From NCBI GenBank assembly GCA_965140785.1, contig OZ223505.1, forward strand, positions 121,018 to 185,017: DNA of 64,000 bases, given 5' to 3'. The stretch is from an uncultured Ruficoccus sp. GTDB taxonomy: Bacteria; Verrucomicrobiota; Verrucomicrobiia; Opitutales; Cerasicoccaceae. The position numbers and the translations under genes are program-made. Position 1 is the stretch's first letter. Each line of letters starts with the position of its first letter. The notes under the pieces are model-generated. The model worked only from the letters and a program-made list of their open reading frames with translations. It made no database searches and was not told the origin of the DNA. Positions 27,484 to 38,233 of the stretch are shown piece by piece.

Positions 27484-28518
27484 TCAGTCCGTCGGGTAGA
27501 GGTACTTCTTGTCCACCGCCTGGGCGGCGACGATGACCGTGGCCCCGAAGATGTCGTGCGCGCTGGCGCCGCGGCTGATCTCGGCGGCGGGCTTGGAGAG
27601 TCCGGTGATGATCTGCCCGTAGGAGCGCGCGCCGGAGACGATCTGGGCGAGCTTGGAGGCGATGTTGCCGCTATTGAGGTCCGGGAAGACCAGCACGTTG
27701 GCCTGCCCGGCGACGGAGCCGCCGATCTCCTTCTGCTCGGCCACGAAGGGGTCGAGCGCGGCGTCGGCCTGGAGTTCGCCGTCGATCTCGACCGGCATGT
27801 CGTGGTCGCGGGCCTTGTCCTTGGCCAGGGAGGTGGCGGCCTTCATGCGGGCGATGGAGGGGTGCTTGTCCTTGTTGGCCTTACTGGAGAAGGCGAGCAT
27901 GGCCACGCGCGGGCGCTCGTTGGTCAGGTGCCAGGCCAGCCCGGCAGTGGTGCAGGCGATGTCGGCGAGTTCCTCGGAGGTCGGCTCGGGGATGACGCCG
28001 CAGTCGGCCATGAAGAGCGCCCCTTCGATGCCCAGGCGCGAGTCCTCCTTTTCCAGAATGAGCATGGAGGAGGCGGTCTGCACGCCCTCCTGCGTCGGGA
28101 TGATCTGGAAGAGCGGGCGCAGGGCGCTGGAGGCGTTGATGGTGGCCCCGGAGACGATGGCGTCGGCTCCGCCGGTGGCCAGCATGAGGGTGGCGAAATA
28201 ATTGTTGTTGAGGACGTAGTCCTTGGCGGACTGCTTGTCGAGCGAGCGGAAGCGCCGCAGGCCCTGGAACTTGGTCATGAAATCGTCCAGCTCGTCGCTG
28301 CGGCCGGGTTCGATAATCTTGACGCCCTCGAGCTTGATATCGAGGCGGGCCGCGTTGATTTTAATGCGCGTGCGGTCGCCCAGCAGGATCGGTACACCGA
28401 GGCCGCGGGTGGCGTACTGCCGGGCGGCCTGGATGATGCGTGGATCGCTTCCCTCGGGGTAGACAACGCGCTTGGGGTGGTTCTGCAAGCGAACGGATAA
28501 ACGATTAATCAGTGACAT
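27484..28518 (-). CDS. pta: Phosphate acetyltransferase
   Basis: VVYPEG.D.R, ADCGV, IDGELQADAA, VLVFPDLNSGNI. Confidence 0.88.
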   Translation of the reverse strand: MSLINRLSVRLQNHPKRVVYPEGSDPRIIQAARQYATRGLGVPILLGDRTRIKINAARLDIKLEGVKIIEPGRSDELDDFMTKFQGLRRFRSLDKQSAKDYVLNNNYFATLMLATGGADAIVSGATINASSALRPLFQIIPTQEGVQTASSMLILEKEDSRLGIEGALFMADCGVIPEPTSEELADIACTTAGLAWHLTNERPRVAMLAFSSKANKDKHPSIARMKAATSLAKDKARDHDMPVEIDGELQADAALDPFVAEQKEIGGSVAGQANVLVFPDLNSGNIASKLAQIVSGARSYGQIITGLSKPAAEISRGASAHDIFGATVIVAAQAVDKKYLYPTD

Positions 28519-28577
28519 GATGAGGAAATTCTGGTTGGGAAAGTGTTTACGAGTAAATTGTTAGGGCCGGGGGTTCA

Positions 28578-30167
28578 ATGGCGAAAAACCTGCAAAACAT
28601 TCTTATAGTATCAGTTTCCACACTGGGTTCGCGCCTGTTGGGGTTATTGCGCGATATCCTGATGATGGGGTTTTTGGGTCTCTCGGCAACCTCCTCAGCA
28701 TTCATTTTTGCATTTACCGTGCCAAACCTTTTCCGCCGCCTGCTGGGGGAGGGGGCGCTCAGCTCAGCGTTGATACCTATTTTTTCCGACGCGCTCAAGC
28801 AGGAGGGCAAGCCCTCGGCCTTCGCCTTCGCCAACCGGGTGCTCTCCCGCGCGCTGGTCGTGCTGCTCATCCTGACTGGGGTGGGGATGGTGGGCTTCGG
28901 TGTGGGGGTGGTGCTGATCCGGCACGCCGGGCTGGCCGAAGCGCTCCAGGTGGACCGCCTGCAGTGGGAAAAGGGCTGCGAAATGGGCGTGCTGCTGCTG
29001 CCCTACATGGTGCTGGTCTGCCTGGCCGCGCTGATGGGCGGCCTGCTCAACGTGCTCCAGCGCTTCGCCGTGCACGCGCTGACGGCGGTCTGGCTCAACC
29101 TCGCGCTGATCGCCACCTTGGTGGTGGGCGGCTGGGCGCTGGGGCTGAAGGGCTACCCGCTGGCCCTGGCCCTGTGCGTGGGCGTGCTGGCGGGCGGAGC
29201 GATCCAACTGGCGGTGCCGATGGTGGCGCTGTGGCGCGAGCGCTGGCACTGGAGTTTCGATTTTTCCCACACCAAGCGGCTGACGGAGCTGAACCGGCTT
29301 TTCCTGCCGGCCGTGGCCGGGGCGGCAGTCATGCAGGTGAATGTTCTGGTCTCGCGCCTGCTGGCCTTCGGGCTCAATGACACGGGCGTGACCGCCCTCT
29401 ACCTGGCCAACCGCCTGGTCGAGTTGCCGCTGGGGGTCTTCGCCATCGCGGTGGCCACGGTGATCTTTCCCAATCTCGCGCTGCTGGCCGCCGCCGGGGA
29501 CAAGCGCGGGATCGCCCGCATCTATGGCGAGGGGCTGCGGTTGATTCTGGCCATTACGGTGCCGGCGGCGGTGGGGCTGGCCGTGCTGGCCGGGCCGGTG
29601 CTCGGGCTCCTCTTCGAGTGGGGGCGCTTCAACTCCCTCGATGTGCGGCAAACCGTGCCGGTGTTGGCGGTTTTTGCCTGTGCGCTGCCTTTTTACGGGC
29701 TGGCTACCATGGCCACCCGGGGCTTCCACTCGATGAAGGACACCCGCACGCCAGTGCGCATCGCGATCATATCCTTTCTGGTCAATCTCGGGCTGAGCAT
29801 CGCGCTGATGCTGCCCTTCGGCACGGTGGGGCTGGCGGTGGCCAACCTCGTCTCGGCTGCGGTGCAGGCGGTGGGCCTGGCCATGGTGCTGCCGCGCAAG
29901 CTGGTGGTCTTTTCCGGGGCGCGGCTGGTCAACGGCCTGGTACGGATCGTCCTGGCGGCGGCGGGCATGGGGCTGGTCACCTGGGGGCTGTGGCGGGCGC
30001 TGGTTGAGTGGGTGCCGCCGGGCAAATGGGCGGACGTGCTCATCGTGGTCGGCGTCATCCCGATTTCGGCGGCGGTGTACTTCGGGCTGCTGTGGGTGAG
30101 CGGATTCGAAGACCGGCGCGTGCTGCTGGACCTCATTCTGCGCCGGGGAGGGCGGCCTCGAGCGTGA
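28578..30167 (+). CDS. murJ: Lipid II flippase MurJ
   Basis: SRLLGLLRD, AFTVPNLFRRLLGEGAL, ANRLVELPLG, DTRTPV. Confidence 0.95.
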   Translation: MAKNLQNILIVSVSTLGSRLLGLLRDILMMGFLGLSATSSAFIFAFTVPNLFRRLLGEGALSSALIPIFSDALKQEGKPSAFAFANRVLSRALVVLLILTGVGMVGFGVGVVLIRHAGLAEALQVDRLQWEKGCEMGVLLLPYMVLVCLAALMGGLLNVLQRFAVHALTAVWLNLALIATLVVGGWALGLKGYPLALALCVGVLAGGAIQLAVPMVALWRERWHWSFDFSHTKRLTELNRLFLPAVAGAAVMQVNVLVSRLLAFGLNDTGVTALYLANRLVELPLGVFAIAVATVIFPNLALLAAAGDKRGIARIYGEGLRLILAITVPAAVGLAVLAGPVLGLLFEWGRFNSLDVRQTVPVLAVFACALPFYGLATMATRGFHSMKDTRTPVRIAIISFLVNLGLSIALMLPFGTVGLAVANLVSAAVQAVGLAMVLPRKLVVFSGARLVNGLVRIVLAAAGMGLVTWGLWRALVEWVPPGKWADVLIVVGVIPISAAVYFGLLWVSGFEDRRVLLDLILRRGGRPRA

Positions 30168-31192
30168 GCCTGCGCAAGACACTAGTGGGCTTCTGGTTCG
30201 TTTACGGGCTTTTCGCGGCGGTGGCGCTGGCCTGGGTCTTCCCGGACTGGGGCGGGGCGGGCGGTTGGATGCACAGTCACCTGACCACGCGGATCGGCAT
30301 TTTCATCATTTTTTCCCTGCAAGGGCTGCTCCTGCCGACCGAGGAACTGGCTCATGGCCTGACCCGGTGGCGGCTGCACGTGCAGGTGCAGGGGACAATC
30401 TTTGTAGCCATCCCGGTTCTGGCGGGGCTCCTGGTGGGCGGACTGCGCGAGCAGCTCGGGCCGGAGCTGTGGATCGGTTTTCTCTTTCTGGCCATCTTGC
30501 CGTGCACGATTTCGACCTCGGTGGTGTTCGTGACCCAGTCCGACGGCAATGTTGCGGCGGCGCTTTTTAATACCTCGCTGGCCAACCTGGTGGGCATTTT
30601 TATCGTGCCGACCTTCTGCTCCTGGCTGGTCCATGCCGAGGGGCAGGGTGTGCCGCTGCTGCCGCTCTTTGGGAACATCCTGATCCTGCTGCTGCTGCCG
30701 CTGGTGCTCGGGCAGACCGTGCGATTTTTCGTTCCTGCGCTGCGGCACTGGGCGCTGGGCCACCGCAAGCTGATCAGCCGGACGAACTCCTGCATCGTGC
30801 TCTTTATCGTCTATTGTTCCTTCTGCGGCTCGTTCCTGAGCCGGTTCTGGGAGGGGCTGGATAACGGCGTGCTCGGGCTGACTTTCGCGCTGGCGCTGGC
30901 CCTGCTGCTGCTGGCCATGGGGTTTTCCCTCGGGGTCATCCGGCTGACTCGGAAAAACTACCCCGACGCGGTGGTGGCCTTTTTCTGCGGTACGCAGAAG
31001 ACCATCGCGGCGGGCATTCCGATGGCGCAAGGGATTTTCGCCGCTACCCAGTACGACCTGGGGCTGGTGCTGTTGCCGTTGATGTTTTACGCGCCCATGC
31101 AGTTTACGATCGGCGGGATCATTGTGGCCTTGTTGGAGCGGCGGCAGGCGGGCAGGGCAGAGTCCTGCGCCTGTGATCGGACGGATCACTGA
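30164..31192 (+). CDS. Bile acid:sodium symporter-family transporter
   Basis: LPCTISTSV..T..GN.AAA, FCGTQKT.A.GIPM; GTG start overlaps the murJ stop (GTGA). Confidence 0.85.
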   Translation: MSLRKTLVGFWFVYGLFAAVALAWVFPDWGGAGGWMHSHLTTRIGIFIIFSLQGLLLPTEELAHGLTRWRLHVQVQGTIFVAIPVLAGLLVGGLREQLGPELWIGFLFLAILPCTISTSVVFVTQSDGNVAAALFNTSLANLVGIFIVPTFCSWLVHAEGQGVPLLPLFGNILILLLLPLVLGQTVRFFVPALRHWALGHRKLISRTNSCIVLFIVYCSFCGSFLSRFWEGLDNGVLGLTFALALALLLLAMGFSLGVIRLTRKNYPDAVVAFFCGTQKTIAAGIPMAQGIFAATQYDLGLVLLPLMFYAPMQFTIGGIIVALLERRQAGRAESCACDRTDH

Positions 31193-31353
31193 TCCCCCCG
31201 CCCACACGACAGCCGGATTCACGGCTATTGAGACCCGAACAAACGGACATTGCCCGCCTGCGCGGACGCAGGTTTCGAAGTTTGAAGGTAAATTACTAGT
31301 TAGTCCGACTTGTGCTTATAGGGAAATGGGTTTTTAGTTCCATGCATAATCCC

Positions 31354-31992
31354 ATGAAACCTTATCGTATCCTAGCCATGGCGACGGTGGCTGCTGTGTT
31401 TATGCTGGCGTTCGCCTTTTCAGGAGACGAGGCCCCTGCCGAGGAGGTGGATGAAGACATGATCGAAATTCCCGACAACGCCCAAGAGGCTATTTTCGCC
31501 AGCGGCTGCTTCTGGTGCACCGAGGCTGTCTATGAACGCATCGACGGCGTGCTCAAGGTCCAGTCCGGCTACATCGGCGGCGATGTGCCCAACCCGACTT
31601 ACGAGCAGGTCTGCACGGGCCGGACCGGACACGCCGAGGCCATCCGTGTGACCTTCGATCCGGACAAGGTCAGCTACGAGCAACTCGTGCGGCTGTTTTT
31701 CGCCTCCCACGACCCGACCACGCTCAACCGCCAGGGGGCGGACGTGGGCACCCAGTACCGGTCGGCTATTTTCACCCTCAACGCCCAGCAGGAAGAGATC
31801 GCCCGGCGCGTCGAGAAGGAGCTGAATGCCTCCGGTGAATACGCCAAGCCCATCGTGACCGAAATCACCCCGGCGACCAAGTTTTACCCCGCTGAGACCT
31901 ACCACCAGAACTACTTCGACCGCAACACCGGCGCCCCCTACTGCCAGGTCGTCATCGCCCCCAAGCTCAAAAAGCTCGGGCTGTCGGATTAA
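31354..31992 (+). CDS. msrA: Peptide methionine sulfoxide reductase A with signal peptide
   Basis: ASGCFWC, GHAE, HDPT..NRQG.DVG.QYRS, AE.YHQNY. Confidence 0.95.
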   Translation: MKPYRILAMATVAAVFMLAFAFSGDEAPAEEVDEDMIEIPDNAQEAIFASGCFWCTEAVYERIDGVLKVQSGYIGGDVPNPTYEQVCTGRTGHAEAIRVTFDPDKVSYEQLVRLFFASHDPTTLNRQGADVGTQYRSAIFTLNAQQEEIARRVEKELNASGEYAKPIVTEITPATKFYPAETYHQNYFDRNTGAPYCQVVIAPKLKKLGLSD

Positions 31993-32184
31993 CGGAGCTG
32001 ACGCAGCCCAAGGTCCGGCTGGCTGGATCAGCATTTTGTCTGCGCATTCACGGCTACGCATCGCTGAATCGAGCGTGATAAGTTCACCCGCATTTGGTGC
32101 TCCTCGGGGTAGGAGCCTTTCTGGCTCCGATGGGGCAGAGCCCCATTCAGATGCGAAGCATCTAGGGTGCAGGGCATGCCCTGC

Positions 32185-32451
32185 CTAGTCTTGGATGTGG
32201 TCGCGGGAGAAGATCTGGACGATTTTCTGGGCGGCGCGTTCCTCGTCCTCGCCGTTGGCTTCCAGGACGAGCGGGGTGCCCATGGTGGCGCAGAGCGTGA
32301 CCAGGCTGACAATGCTGCGCAGGCTGGCGCGCTTGTTACCGTGCTGCAGCGTCATGGCGGCGCGGCTGGCTTTGGCGGCGTGCACGAGGTCCGCCGCCGG
32401 TCTCAAGTGCAGGCCCCCTTTCCAGGGAACAATGACTTCGGTCGTCTTCAT
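32185..32451 (-). CDS. HPr-family phosphocarrier protein
   Basis: GLHLRPA (His15 equivalent), ASLRSIVSL (Ser46 equivalent), A.GEDE..A. Confidence 0.9.
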   Translation of the reverse strand: MKTTEVIVPWKGGLHLRPAADLVHAAKASRAAMTLQHGNKRASLRSIVSLVTLCATMGTPLVLEANGEDEERAAQKIVQIFSRDHIQD

Positions 32452-32493
32452 CTTAGGTAATTAGAAAGCGATTAAACCCATAAGGTTCGCAAA

Positions 32494-32520
32494 ATATCGG
32501 TATAAAGGCAAACTTATTAA
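32494..32520 (-). promoter_or_regulatory. Sigma28 (FliA)-like promoter
   Basis: Minus strand TTAA-N15-ACCGATAT, ~43 nt upstream of the HPr start; same pattern as 7723-7749. Confidence 0.55.
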
Positions 32521-32734
32521 GGAGTTGCTGGTTTATAAGCATTAATGATGCCAGGGCGGTGTCTGAACAGCGAGTCCGTTGGCGGGTCCCGAGACTCCTC
32601 CTTCCACCCTTATTTTGAGGTAAGCGTTCCGTTGTGACTAAACAACTGACATTTTCCTAAAACCTTCCTCTGCGGCTCTTTGTGTCTTTGAGCCGTTGTG
32701 GTTGATCTTATCTTTCCTCAAGGCAGAGGCGGCC

Positions 32735-33538
32735 TCACTCCGACCGGAGCCGCCAGCGGTCGTGGCGGTCGCGTTCGATGGCGAGGGAGGCGCCGAAGGC
32801 CGCGCTGAGCGTTTCCGAGGAGAGGACCTCGTCGGTCGGTCCGGCGGCGAGGACGCGGCCTTTTTTCAGCACGAGCACGTGCGAAATCTCCGGGAAAATC
32901 TCCTCCACGTGGTGGGTGACGAGGATGAGGCCGGGGCCGCGCTTGAGGCTGGCGAGCTTGCGCAGGCGGGCCAGGAACTGCTCCCGGGCGACCGGGTCGA
33001 GCCCGGCGCAGGGCTCGTCGAGGATGAGCAGCCGCGGATCGGCCATGAGAGCGCGGGGCGATGAAGACCTTCTGCCGCTCGCCCTGACTGAGCACCTCCC
33101 AGCGGCGTTCGGCCAGGTGGCGCACCCCCGAGCTTGCCCAGGCAGCGGAGGGCTTTTTGCCACCGGGACGGATTTCTCGCGGGTCCAGAACCCCAGTTGT
33201 GCGGTGCCCGCCGGAGAGGACGGTGTTGAGCGCGTCCTCGGCGGGCGGAATGCGCCGGGTGAGGGCATTACTGACGATCCCGATGCGCAGGCGCACCTCG
33301 TTCCAGTCGGTCTCGCCGTAGGCATCGCCCTCGACGACGATTTCGCCCGAGGAGGGCGTCAGGTACGCGGTGATGGCCGATACGAGCAGGGAAGTCTTGC
33401 CGCAGCCGTTGGGCCCCGAGAATGGCCCAGTGCTGGCCGCGCTCGACGCGCCAGTCGATGCGGCGCAAAATATGGGTGTCGCCGCGCATGAACGGCCAGC
33501 CCTTCGACGGATAAAAGCGGTGTCGGTTCAGTGGACAT
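32735..33538 (-). CDS. ABC transporter ATP-binding protein (ModF/YlmA-like), multiple frameshifts
   Basis: Pieces in different frames: IDWRVERGQHWAILG, NGCGKTSL, LSQGERQK, LLILDEPCAGLD, LVTHHVEE. Confidence 0.8.
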
Positions 33539-33661
33539 GGGAAAGGGAAATTATTTAACCCGCAAAGACGCAAAGGCGCAAAGCAATCATGCAGCTAAAT
33601 GGTTGGGAGCAGCACTGCTGCCTTTATACTTTCTCGCAGGGACTAATCATGAAGGCCGGGA

Positions 33662-34001
33662 TTAGGTGCGGTGGCCTTGATTAAGCCTGAGCAAGTGAGA
33701 ATGGTCAGCGGGAATCAATAACTGGCTCCCTTTGCTGATACGTTCTTTGTCTACCTCTTTTAGTGCGATGACAATTCGCCAGCTTTGATCTGCTCGGGCG
33801 TTGTGGTCTGTCAGCTTGAAGTGCGTCATCGTAAAACTGGCGATTGATGAAATGGAGTCTCCTTCAGGAGTTTCTAATTTGCACAGGGGCATCAATGTTG
33901 TTCCAACGACCATCGGGAACTGGGAAATTTGGGTCAATGACGGTACCAATTCCACTAATCTCAAACGTATCTTCTATTGTCGCCAGGAGCGTGTACTTCA
34001 T
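33662..34001 (-). CDS. Small hypothetical protein, one apparent frameshift
   Basis: ATG at 34001 gives MKYTLLATIEDTFEISGIGTV.., which shifts near 33880 into the LETPEGD..SKGSQL frame; lower GC. Confidence 0.45.
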
Positions 34002-34022
34002 CTGTTATCAGCCTTATTCTCG

Positions 34023-35486
34023 CTACAAAAGCGGCCCGGTCAGCCGCAGCGCGTTCTCCAGCAAACGCTGGTGGAAGCGGCGTTTTCTTCCACTTGGCCA
34101 GGTGGACGATGTCGGCGTTGTCGATGTAGCTTTGCTGGACCTTGCGCAGGGCGCTGGGTGAACTCCCGATCGTAAACAAAGAGGGTGACCTCCTGATTGA
34201 GCCAGAGGCTGCGCTGGGTCGAGATTGACCGAGCCGATGAGGCCGATTTCGCCGTCCACGGTGACGGTCTTGGAGTGGAGCAGGCCGGAGCGGAAGAGGG
34301 CGATGCGCACGCCGCCCTCCAGCAGCTCCTCGAAGTAGGCGCGGCTGGCGTGGTGGACGAGCTTTGAGTCCACCTTTTGCGGCATGATCAGGGTGACCTT
34401 GACCCCGCGCTTGACCGCCGAGACGAGCGCGATCTGGACCGCCTCATCCGGCACGAAGTACGGAGTGGTCAGGACCAGTTCCTTTTTGGCTAAATAAATG
34501 GCGGTGAGGATGCTCTGGTAGCTGGACTGGTCGAAAAAGCCCGGCCCCGAGGGCACCACCTGGACGAAGGAGTCGCCCACCTCGTCGAGTTCCTTCAGGC
34601 CGCCCTCGTCCTCGATCCGGTCAATGCTCATGCCGGTCTCGATGCCCCAGTCGGCCAGAAAGACGACCGCGAGTGCCTCGACCACCGGGCCCTGCACGCG
34701 GACCATGCTGTCCACCCATTGGCCGACCCCGGACTTGGTCTTGAAGTAGCGCGAATCGACCAGGTTGAGGCTGCCGGTGTAGGCGACCTGGCCGTCGATG
34801 ACCACGATCTTGCGGTGCAGGCGCAGGTCCTGGCGGCGGTAAAAGTTGCGCAGCCAGCGCACCGGGAGCGCCTCGGCAATTTCGACCCCGGCCTGGCGGG
34901 CCTTGTGGCACAGCTCGCTCTTGAGAAAATCGTGGCTGCCGATGGAGTCGAGCAGGATGCGGCAGTGCGCCCCGCGTTTGCGGGCCTCGATCACGGCGGC
35001 CATGACCTCGTCGGCGATCCCGCCCAGATGCCAGATGTAGAACTCCATGTGCACGTGGTGGGTGGCCTGTTGCACGTCGGTGATGATGCGCCGCAGGATG
35101 TCCTGGCAGTTGTCGAGCAGTTCCAGGTCGTTGCCCGGGAGGGTGGGGATGTTGACCGTGTTAAAGGCGTGGCGCGAGAGCAGCAGGGCGGCCTCGGACT
35201 GCTTCGACCAGTCCAGGTCGAAGCGCCGGCGGCGCTCGTTGATGACCTGCTTGTAGGGTTGGATCAGGTTCATCGCGCGCCGGGTGCGGGCCCGCCCGAC
35301 GCTGATTTCCCCGAAAATAATGTAAATGATCGACCCGCCCAGGGGCAGGAAGAAAATCAGCGTCAGCCAGGCCAGGGCGACCCCCACCGAGGTGCGGCGC
35401 ATAATGACCCGGATCGTGACAATAACAGCCAGCGTCCAGTGCAGGAGGAAAAAGATGTCCACGGCGTAATCTGGCTGGGTCTCCAC
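34023..35486 (-). CDS. cls: Cardiolipin synthase
   Basis: Two N-terminal TM helices and two HKD motifs (HRKIVVID, HSKTVTVD); C-terminus scrambled by compensating frameshifts at ~34085-34220. Confidence 0.9.
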   Translation of the reverse strand: METQPDYAVDIFFLLHWTLAVIVTIRVIMRRTSVGVALAWLTLIFFLPLGGSIIYIIFGEISVGRARTRRAMNLIQPYKQVINERRRRFDLDWSKQSEAALLLSRHAFNTVNIPTLPGNDLELLDNCQDILRRIITDVQQATHHVHMEFYIWHLGGIADEVMAAVIEARKRGAHCRILLDSIGSHDFLKSELCHKARQAGVEIAEALPVRWLRNFYRRQDLRLHRKIVVIDGQVAYTGSLNLVDSRYFKTKSGVGQWVDSMVRVQGPVVEALAVVFLADWGIETGMSIDRIEDEGGLKELDEVGDSFVQVVPSGPGFFDQSSYQSILTAIYLAKKELVLTTPYFVPDEAVQIALVSAVKRGVKVTLIMPQKVDSKLVHHASRAYFEELLEGGVRIALFRSGLLHSKTVTVDGEIGLIGSVNLDPAQPLAQSGGHPLCLRSGVHPAPCARSSKATSTTPTSSTWPSGRKRRFHQRLLENALRLTGPLL

Positions 35487-35657
35487 GGCGTTATTTTTAT
35501 GGGGACGGCGGACCGCAAAATCAACCCTTATAACCTGATCAACCCGGCTGATTTGCACCATCCGGTGCCGGTCGGGGGACGGGGCGGGCTTTTCGGTCAG
35601 GTTTTTGCTTGCTTTGAGGCAGTGGGCAGGCAGAGTTGCCCGTTTACCCTTTCCCGA

Positions 35658-36406
35658 ATGAAGCTGACATTTGACAACAAGGTGGCCGTGGTGACGGGCG
35701 CGGGCCGTGGGATCGGCCGCTCCATCGCCGAGAGCCTCGCGGCCGAAGGCGTTTACGTCGTCTGCGTGAGCCGCAACGAGGGCTCCTGCGGGGCCGCCGC
35801 CGACGCCATCAATGCTAATGGAGGGAAAGCCTCCGCGCTCGCCGTGGACGTCTCCGACGGAGCCTCGGTCGCCGATGCCTGCGAGTCCCTGCTCAAGGAG
35901 CACGGCAACATCGACATCCTCGTCAACAACGCCGGAATCACCCGCGACACCCTCATGCTGCGCATGAGCGACGAGGACTGGAACGACGTCGTTTCCACCA
36001 ATCTTTCGAGCTGCTTCTACTGGTCCAAGGGCCTGCTTCGTCCGATGACGAAAAAGCGCTGGGGCCGGGTCATTAACATTTCCTCGGGTCGTGGGGCATC
36101 ATGGGCAATCCCGGCCAGGTCAACTACTCGGCCGCCAAGGCCGGTATCTTCGGCCTGACCAAGTCCATGGCCCGCGAGGTCGCCTCCCGCGGCATCACGG
36201 TCAACGCGGTCGCTCCGGGCTTTATCGCCACGGACATGACCGCCGAGCTCAACGAGGAAGTCACCGAAGCGGCGAAAAAACTTGTTCCGCTCAAACGCTT
36301 TGGACAACCCGAAGAAATCGCCAGTATGGTCACCTATCTCGCTGCTGAGGAGGCTGGCTATATCACCGGTCAAACTTTTACGGTTGACGGCGGCATGGCG
36401 ATGTAA
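35658..36406 (+). CDS. fabG: 3-oxoacyl-ACP reductase, apparent frameshift near 36090
   Basis: [24 protein letters not shown]; removing two extra Gs in tcgggtcgtggggc restores [12 protein letters not shown]; precedes acpP-fabF. Confidence 0.92.
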
Positions 36407-36439
36407 ACAACTGCTAACCTTACTTATACCATCAAGAAT

Positions 36440-36697
36440 ATGGCCGACAAAACGATCGAAGAACGCGTTAAGGAAATTATCGTCAACCAGCTCAACAAGA
36501 ATGAAGAGCAGGTAACTCCCGAAGCTTCCTTTATGGAAGATCTCGGTGCCGACTCACTCGACCAGGTCGAGCTCGTCATGGCGTTTGAGGAAGAATTCAA
36601 GGACGAAATTCAGGGAGAAATCCCCGAATCCGACGCGGAAAAGCTCCGGACGGTTGGTGACGTCGTCGCATACATCAAGGAGAAGCAAGCCTCCTGA
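36440..36697 (+). CDS. acpP: Acyl carrier protein
   Basis: [19 protein letters not shown]. Confidence 0.96.
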   Translation: MADKTIEERVKEIIVNQLNKNEEQVTPEASFMEDLGADSLDQVELVMAFEEEFKDEIQGEIPESDAEKLRTVGDVVAYIKEKQAS

Positions 36698-36748
36698 GGT
36701 TGCGGCACCCACGGACCCTTTCACAGGATCCAGTTGTCATTGCCCTGA

Positions 36749-38002
36749 ATGGAATCGGATAAACCAGTCTCCAAAGTAGTGGTGACCGGGATGGGGGTTA
36801 TATCCTCGCTCGGGCACGACATCGATACGCTCTGGGGCAACCTGCTCGCCGGTAAAAGCGGCGTCGGTCGCCTGGAACAGTTCGATGTTTCCACTTATCC
36901 CTGCCAAGTGGCCTCCGAGGTCCGCGACTTCAACGTCGAGGACTACATGGACGGCAAGGACGCCAAGCGCAACGACCGCTACACGCACTTCGCGGTGGCG
37001 GCCTCGCGGCTGGCGGTCAAGAACAGCGGGCTCGATCCGCAGGCCTGGGACCCGGATCGTACCGGCGTCATCATCGGCTCGGGCATCGGGGGGATGATCA
37101 CCATTCAGGAGCAGAGCAAGCGCCTCTTTGAACTGGGGCCGCGCAAGCTCTCGCCCTTCATGATTCCGTCCCTCATCGCCAACATGGCCTCCGGCGTGGT
37201 GGCGATCGAGTTCAAGGCTCGCGGTCCGAACATGTCGGTCGTGAGCGCCTGCTCGACCGGCGCCCATGCCATCGGGGAGGCCCTGCGCGTCATCCAGCGC
37301 GGCGAGGCGGACATCATGCTCGCCGGCGGCAGCGAATCGGCCATCACCGAGCTGGGTTTCGGCGGCTTCTGCTCCATGCGCGCCATGAGCACGAAGTACA
37401 ACGACCGCCCGCAGGAAGCCAGCCGCCCCTTCGATAAGGACCGCGACGGCTTCGTCATGGGCGACGGTGCCGGGGTGCTCGTTCTCGAGTCCGAGGCCAG
37501 CGCCAAGGCCCGGGGAGCGAAGATTTACGCGGAGATCGCCGGTTATGCGACCACTTGCGACGCCCACCACATCACCATGCCCGATCCGGAAGGGACCGGT
37601 TTGGCACGCTGCATCGCCAACGCGCTCAAGAGCGCCGGGGTGAAGCCGGAAGAGGTGGACTACGTCAATGCGCACGGTACCTCCACGCCCTACAATGACA
37701 AATTTGAGACCATCGCCCTGAAGAATGCCTTCGGCGATTACGCCTCCAAGCTGCTGATCAGCTCCACCAAGTCCATGACCGGTCACCTCCTCGGTGCCGC
37801 CGGTGGCGTGGAAGCGGCGGTGTGTTGCAAGACCCTGCAGGACCAGGTCATTGCGCCAACCATCAACTACACCACGCCGGACCCCGACTGCGACCTGGAC
37901 TACGTGCCCAACGCCAAGCGCGAGGCCTCGGTCAAGGTGGCCATCAGTAACAATTCCGGCTTCGGCGGTCACAACGTGACCCTCGTCTTCAAGCAGGTCT
38001 AG
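36749..38002 (+). CDS. fabF: Beta-ketoacyl-ACP synthase II
   Basis: SACSTG, NAHGTST, KSMTGHLLGAAG, GFGGHN. Confidence 0.96.
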   Translation: MESDKPVSKVVVTGMGVISSLGHDIDTLWGNLLAGKSGVGRLEQFDVSTYPCQVASEVRDFNVEDYMDGKDAKRNDRYTHFAVAASRLAVKNSGLDPQAWDPDRTGVIIGSGIGGMITIQEQSKRLFELGPRKLSPFMIPSLIANMASGVVAIEFKARGPNMSVVSACSTGAHAIGEALRVIQRGEADIMLAGGSESAITELGFGGFCSMRAMSTKYNDRPQEASRPFDKDRDGFVMGDGAGVLVLESEASAKARGAKIYAEIAGYATTCDAHHITMPDPEGTGLARCIANALKSAGVKPEEVDYVNAHGTSTPYNDKFETIALKNAFGDYASKLLISSTKSMTGHLLGAAGGVEAAVCCKTLQDQVIAPTINYTTPDPDCDLDYVPNAKREASVKVAISNNSGFGGHNVTLVFKQV

Positions 38003-38021
38003 GGCCGACGAATTTTTTTCC

Positions 38022-38059
38022 AAAAACCTCCGCCCGTCCCGGTGCGGAGGTTTTTTTTT
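38022..38059 (+). terminator. Intrinsic terminator after fabF
   Basis: AAAAACCTCCGC...GCGGAGGTTTTTTTTT. Confidence 0.85.
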
Positions 38060-38233
38060 ATGGGTTAGGCGGGTGGGGCGCAGCGCCCCCATGATACCGT
38101 TTGATGGGATATTTGACCGACCTGCCACGAGTGGTGGAACAAGCGTAATAACGTCCTGTTGTCGTTCGGTCCGCACTATTCGATGATCTCATGGAGACGT
38201 CATGGCGTTTCTAAGAATTAAACATAGAATATA

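Noticed and set aside
35658..36406. fabG, cls and the hybrid kinase as true pseudogenes
   Set aside because: Only single-base homopolymer indels with otherwise intact motifs; sequencing error is more likely.
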